Assembly (NCBI GenBank): GCA_030295235.1
Contig: AP026137.1
Location: forward strand, 620,001 to 684,000
Direction of reading: 5' to 3'
Length of the DNA: 64,000 nt
From: Fistulifera solaris
Lineage: Eukaryota
Below the pieces are notes generated by a model. That model worked only from the letters and a program-made list of their open reading frames with translations. It was not told where the DNA came from and made no database searches. Shown here in pieces: positions 58,267 through 64,000 of the stretch (the first letter of the stretch is position 1; every line of letters starts with the position of its first letter). The translations under genes were made by a program, and so were the position numbers.

Positions 58267-60311
58267 ATGAGCACAAGTCCTCGAAAGGAACCGAGGGAAA
58301 GCAAGCCACAAAGGTCCGATTCATCGAATGATGCATCATCCTCTTCGTTCATTCGTTCTCCGCCGAAACGATCTACCAAGACGGCGTCCGCTCCCACCAC
58401 TCCGAACCGATGGCAGTCTTTAACACAGCCGTCTACTCCCGCTTCATCATGGACGGTGGTAGAGAACGGTAGTCCGCAAAAGAGAAATCAGTTACAACGC
58501 AACAATAGTCATCAAACGGGCAATCGACCGCGATTCAATTCGGCTCCGGTCGGAGAATCTAACTTTAGCAGTCCCCGGAAAAGAAATCGTTCAATGAAGG
58601 GCGGCAAAATAGTAACAGCGCCCGCATGATTCGACGGACACGATCCGATGAACCCATGTTTAGTACGCGACAACATTCTCATAAATCACAGAATCATCCT
58701 CAACGCCGTCTACGTCGTTATCAATCCAGCAGTGACGTCCCGTTACCATCGCTTCCGACCTTAAAAGTCATTTCGATGCACGCGTTCTTGTCGCATCAAT
58801 TGCATCACACCCAACCACCACCGAATTTAACGTCCATGGTCGTATTCCAGCCCATCGACGGGCCGCAGTTACAAGACTTGCACGAACAATACGTTCAAGC
58901 CTTGCCACAACAACACGAACGCATCTGTCAAGGATTATTGAACAAATTGTCGTGGACGAACGCTCCCAAATTGGTTGTACTGTATGCGCAACAGATGCGG
59001 ATGAATAAAGGACGCGAGTGTGTCGGATGGATTGTGCACAAAGCCCAACAAGAACCGCATTATGCCGATATGTATGCGCATTTCGCCAAGGAATTGTCCC
59101 AACTCGAGTGGGAAGAGAATAACACTGTAGCGGTTTGGTTGCGGGAACAGTGTTGGAACGAAATGGCCGTTGCGAAATTATCGTCATCGTGGTTGGGATT
59201 ATTGCGATTCGTCGGGGCCTTGTATCGAGCAGATTCGAGCATGATTCCGATAGAAGATTATTTGATGTGGATCGGGGATCGCATTCGATCCGACAGTCCA
59301 GACAATGAACTGGTATTGGAAGGTTTGGGTCAACTATTGACCCATTCACAGTGGGAAGGACCATCAACGGCCACAACGACGACTGCTGCGGAACATGTGA
59401 AAATAGATTTCATTTGGCCCATGGTGCATGATTTGGCCAAGACGGGGCAAGCTACGATTGGTGATTCTGGAAGCATTCAGACATCCAAACGCATACAGTT
59501 TTTGTTGCAAGATTTAATGGATTTGAAACAGAATCGGTGGGAACTCAAAGCGCGATTGGTGCAAGCACAAGCTCGAACTTTGGATGAGATACACGAACAA
59601 ATGGAAATGGAAGAAGAGAGTGATGGTATTGCCACGACGAAAAATTCGGCGCTCTCTTTTATGCACTGGCGGTCTGCGAATACCGCACCGGCACAGCAGC
59701 GTTCCAACCGATATTCGGACCCAGCCGATTGTGCGGAACACATGCATTCCATGATTCGTGTATATCTGTTGAATGAAGAAGAACCGGTGGAGCATGTCAT
59801 GGAGAAATGGAACGCATCCGTCGGAGAGGGGCCTTTGGACGACGAAGATTATCAAGCTCGCGTGGTAGCCGTGCTGGCCGACAGTATCCTCATGGCCTTG
59901 GAAATGAAATCACAGCAAGTGGAGCGATTGCAAACATTGGTTCAGCGTATTGTATGTGACACTGACGATAAGACCACCATGACATCTTTGTTGCTACGAG
60001 GCTTACAGTTACCATTGGAATTGTTGCGCGATGTTGAATTGGATGCTCCCAAGGCCGTCTTTTATTTGGGACAGTTCCTCACCGGTTTTGACATTTCGAT
60101 CCGTGATCTCTTTTTTCAAGGTACGCCCGATACATGGCCGGAACGACCGGGAGCACTCGCCGTTCACCTCGTGGCGACCCAAGTTCACAGCAGGGAAGAC
60201 GATTTGAAGTGCATGGAAGAGATTCTGCAACAATCTGGAGAAGCCCGGGAGCATTCTACCATTGTCGAATGGATTACGCAAGTGAAAGACTCGAACAAGC
60301 CGAAGAACTAG
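58267..60311 (+). CDS. Divergent eIF4G-like protein (MIF4G + MA3 domains); frameshift near 58580
   Basis: GLLNKLSWTN, IVHKAQQEPHYADMYAHFAKEL, GLLRFVGALY, SKRIQFLLQDLMDLKQNRW, ARTLDEIH (MIF4G); LLRDVELDAPKAVFYLGQFL (MA3). Confidence 0.8.
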
Positions 60312-60381
60312 TCACGGAAAAAATTTCTCTAGCCAGCATTATTCCATGCAACAAGTTAACGTTTTTACTTCTCATGTACTT

Positions 60382-61471
60382 TTAATCATTGAAGTAAGGA
60401 TTGTCGGGATCATCGTTGGTATAAATATCATCATCATCGTTGTTATCGTGACCCGTCGAATTCGGATTATTCGAACCACTGCCATCGTTCATTTGTGATT
60501 TCGAATAGTACGTACGCGAGCAACGAACAATGGCTTTGCCGACCCGACCAATCCAGTCATCCTTCTCGCTTTCGGTATCTGCGTACAACAGATAACACGT
60601 CTCCGGAGTCGATATCTCCATACTGTGACGTTTCTTGGATTTCAAATCGGCGCTTTTGACCGTGGTAGCCAACGCCAAATCCAACATTCCGTGGGGAGCC
60701 GACAATTCGTTTTTCCCAAAGAACAGTTTGGATCCTTTGAGAATAAAGTATCGGCGGCGCCATTCCTGAGAGGAAAAGAAGAAGAGTTTTAATAAGGAAT
60801 TCGAAAGACGTGAAACGATATGAAGACAGTCTATGACGTACCTTGAGCCAGACACTTTGCTTGGTGAGATATCCTTCATAATCGGAAGGTTCCGTTTCGT
60901 AAACAATATTGGTGATTGGGTCCACATACGGTGGACGCGTCATCCGACCACGTCGTTGCGGCTGAGCATATTGCGCTGGTTGTTGTTGCGGAGGTACCGG
61001 AGCATACGGAGCCTGCTGCGGAGCATATTGCGGTTGCTGTTGCGGAGGGACGGGCGGCGGAGGGTACTGTGGCTGCGGAGGAGCGTATTGCTGTTGCTGC
61101 TGTTGCGGCGGATAGGGACCGCCTTGATACGTCTGACCGTACATCGCCGGTGGTTGCTGACCGTAGACAGCCTGCTGCTGCAGCTGCTGCTGTTGATGAT
61201 TGTTGTTGTTGTTGTAATAAGGTTGTTGTTGCTGACCGTAATAGGACTGCTGCGGCGGCTGCATATTGGGCGTCGAATACATGGGTTGTTGCGGAGCATT
61301 ATACATGCCTTGCTGATAATGTTGTTGCGAGGGATGCTGCTGCGGTTGGTTGTAAGAATACATGGGATTTCCACCAGGCGTCGTCATGTAACCGGGCGGG
61401 TTGCTCCCAGGATATCCGGGGTTCGCGGTGTTGCCTCCGTACGCTGCTGCTTCTTGTTGTTGCTGTTGCAT
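60382..61471 (-). CDS. PH-domain protein with Gln/Pro/Tyr-rich N-terminus; intron 60766-60841
   Basis: YEGYLTKQSVWLK|EWRRRYFILKGSKLFF...YADTESEKDDWIGRV. Confidence 0.9.
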
Positions 61472-61941
61472 GCTTTCTTTGTAACACAATAGTCTATGAA
61501 ATTAGAGATTTAAGTTGAAAGAAAGAAGCTGATTAACGAATAAGCAATCCTTTCGAATGAATAATAGTTCGCAACAACAATAATAATGAAACGAGTCTTT
61601 TCGACTGTTTCGCTCGTGCTTGCGAAAAAGGCCGAGAAAAAGGAAAAGACGCCACACGCTCGTTTCTCCCACCGGCTTAGACTCCTCGTCGTACAGGTAC
61701 CCAACAGCTATGAAGCCTTGTCGAACTATAATATAAACAAAGATTGACTGTGTCTTTGAATGTAGACGACTTTTTTTCGCGACTCACTTCTCTTCGAAAC
61801 GTAAATAGAACGTCACTCGATGCGCTTTTTTCTCTTTTTCGCCGCGTTATCGAGTTCGCCTCGGATGGCGAGAGCTTTCGGATTCAATGAGCTTTTCCTT
61901 TCTCATTGCTTCTCATCAACAAGCAACTGTATATACGATAA

Positions 61942-64000
61942 ATGACAAACAGTAATAACGTAACAATAATAGCCTCTGATGAGGAAACCAACAGGATCGA
62001 AAAGCCGTCCACCGTAAAACGAGGATCCTCGGCACTACGGGGCAATTTGACCCGCGTACAACGCGATCGCGATCCTCTCTTCTATTATCAAGTCGAACAA
62101 ATTCTGGGAATTGGGAGTATGGGAAGTGTTGTCAAAGTACGGAAACGGGAAGCCGTCGTTGGTGGCAGTGCTCGTCAGGATTTGCAATTTCATTATCGCA
62201 AAGAGAAAGTGTTGAATCAGTGTTTCCGACTACCGCTGGTCGGTGGATTATTTCGTGTTTGTTTCAAAGGATTGTTACACTTTAAATCGAACGCCTATCA
62301 TACGGAGGAAGAAGACGAAGCTTTCTTTGATAGTGGACATGTCAGTCACAACAGTCATGACACAACGCCCGACTATATCAATGCCTCCAGTCCGCGCAGC
62401 AAAACCGACATGATGTACGCGATGAAATCCATTCATCTCAGTCGTGTCACCGACCAGCGATTCTTACAAGAACTCAAGAATGAAGTAGCTATACTGAGAG
62501 ATCTTGATCATCCACACATTGTCAAAGCCATTGAAACGTTCGAACATCGCAATCAGTTGTTCATTATTATGGAACTCTGTTACGGCGGAGATCTGTATTC
62601 GCGAGACCCGTATACTGAAGAGCACGCGGCCCGCATCACGAGCAGTATATTGTCGGCCATTGCGTACATGCACTCGAAAAATATTTTGCACCGGGATTTG
62701 AAATACGAAAATGTCTTGTTCGTCAACCATAGTCCGCAAGCGGAAATCAAACTCATTGATTTTGGTCTGTCCGCGGCATTTGGGCATGATGAATTGACGG
62801 ATGGTGTGGGAACTATGTGAGTGGAATTCCAATTGTCCTTGCTGTGTCCTGATGGAGCTGCTCTGACCCTTGTCTTGCTGCTATGACAGTTATACAATGG
62901 CACCAGAGGTGTTAAAAGGGAAATACGGAAAACAGGCGGATGTATGGAGCGTTGGTGTGATTGCGTACGTTTCTTGAGTTTTGAGATGGAGCCGTCTATG
63001 CAATGCTTTGCTCACAAGACTTTCTTTTGCAGTTATATGTTGTTATCGAGTCAAATGCCTTTTTACGGAAAGAAGCGGCAACATATCGTTGAACAAATCA
63101 TGTCAGGGAAATTCGAATTCAATGGCCGACGGTGGAATCGCGTTTCGAATCAGGCAAAAGAATTTGTAGCCGACTTATTGGTCGTGGACCCAGCGGAGCG
63201 CTTGACGGCGGACCAGGCATTGTCGGCGGCATGGTTGAATCGCGGCTTTAGCGCTACTCTTCGAAGTCCGAGTGCGGATGAGTTTGAAGCTGCCCATCAA
63301 AGTATGGTGAACTATGCGAAGTATTCTAAGTTGAAGCAAGTGGCGTTAATGGTCATCGCTCATCGCTCAACTAGCGAAGAAATCGGCGTACTACGGAAAC
63401 TGTTTCAAAAGTATGACACGGAGGGACGTGGGCACGTGACCTATGAGCAATTCCGAAAAACAATTTTAGGTGCAGGTTATTCGGAAGACGCATGTCGGCA
63501 GATTTTTGACGCTGTGGTAAGTTCGTGACTCCAATATGTGATTAATAATAAGGCTAAAGAAGATATCTGACGATTTTCGGATGCCATGTACAAGGATCAA
63601 GACGGAAGTGGTTTGATTCGGTATACGGAATTCCTGGCTTCTACCATTGAAGCACAGGGTGCTATCGACGAACGTCGTTTAGCGGAGGCGTTTGACCGCC
63701 TCGACAGTGACGACTCTGGCTATATTACCGTAGAAAATTTGAAGGGCATTTTAGGCGATGACTTCCCAGATTCAGAAATTGAAGCTATATTGAAAGAATG
63801 TGCTAAAGATGGCAATGTATCGTACATGGATTTCCTGGCTCAATGGAGTACACAGAAAGAAACGAAAACGCCAAGATTTCTTGGCTGACATCTCGAATCT
63901 AACGTATGACAGTGGGCATCCATTACCACAGACCCTGCTTACAGACGAAGCCACCAGAGCCGAGACGTCACCCACAAGCGTGGAAAAAACAGAATTGTAT
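61942..64000 (+). CDS. Calcium-dependent protein kinase-like (kinase + EF hands); introns 62817-62889, 62965-63032, 63517-63594; probably runs off the window
   Basis: [45 protein letters not shown]-hands [39 protein letters not shown]. Confidence 0.92.

Noticed and set aside
60833..61518. Long plus-strand ORFs (219 aa and 200 aa) opposite the PH gene
   Set aside because: They are antisense shadows of CAG/CAA-rich Gln/Pro codons.

Overview
This is gene-dense eukaryotic nuclear DNA, almost certainly from a pennate diatom. It has short (~60-140 nt) GT-AG introns, bipartite plastid-targeting peptides with the ASA|F-type cleavage motif, a class-29-type CBS myosin, and a decayed gene that resembles, from memory, a family expanded in Fistulifera. 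About 25 protein genes can be reconstructed. They include a sulfotransferase-like protein, a YqgF-like RNase-H-fold protein, a RING-H2 ligase, SDH2/sdhB, a FYVE-SYLF protein, a DUF6604-like protein, a CobW/COG0523 GTPase, a GT-A-like protein, a membrane-anchored atypical kinase, an MFS transporter, plastid ATP sulfurylase, a PhoD-like membrane protein, a GH5 exo-1,3-beta-glucanase, a bacterial-type NAD-dependent DNA ligase, a myosin with 12 CBS domains + PB1 + TM, a reversed-order riboflavin RibA-RibB fusion, an eIF4G-like protein, a PH protein and a CDPK-like kinase. Many genes are broken by single-base indels in homopolymer runs, most likely long-read assembly errors; one case is directly checkable against an internal duplicate. 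The most unusual non-coding structure is a pair of unrelated ~215-bp tandem-repeat families (3.9-5.4 kb and 30.3-31.9 kb). Both have alternating A/B monomers and a palindromic core, and degenerate copies of the first family's core recur elsewhere at the same spacing. There is also a ~335-bp fold-back element and a hairpin-terminated insert. No rRNA, tRNA or CRISPR array was recognised. All calls were made by eye; no database searches were run.
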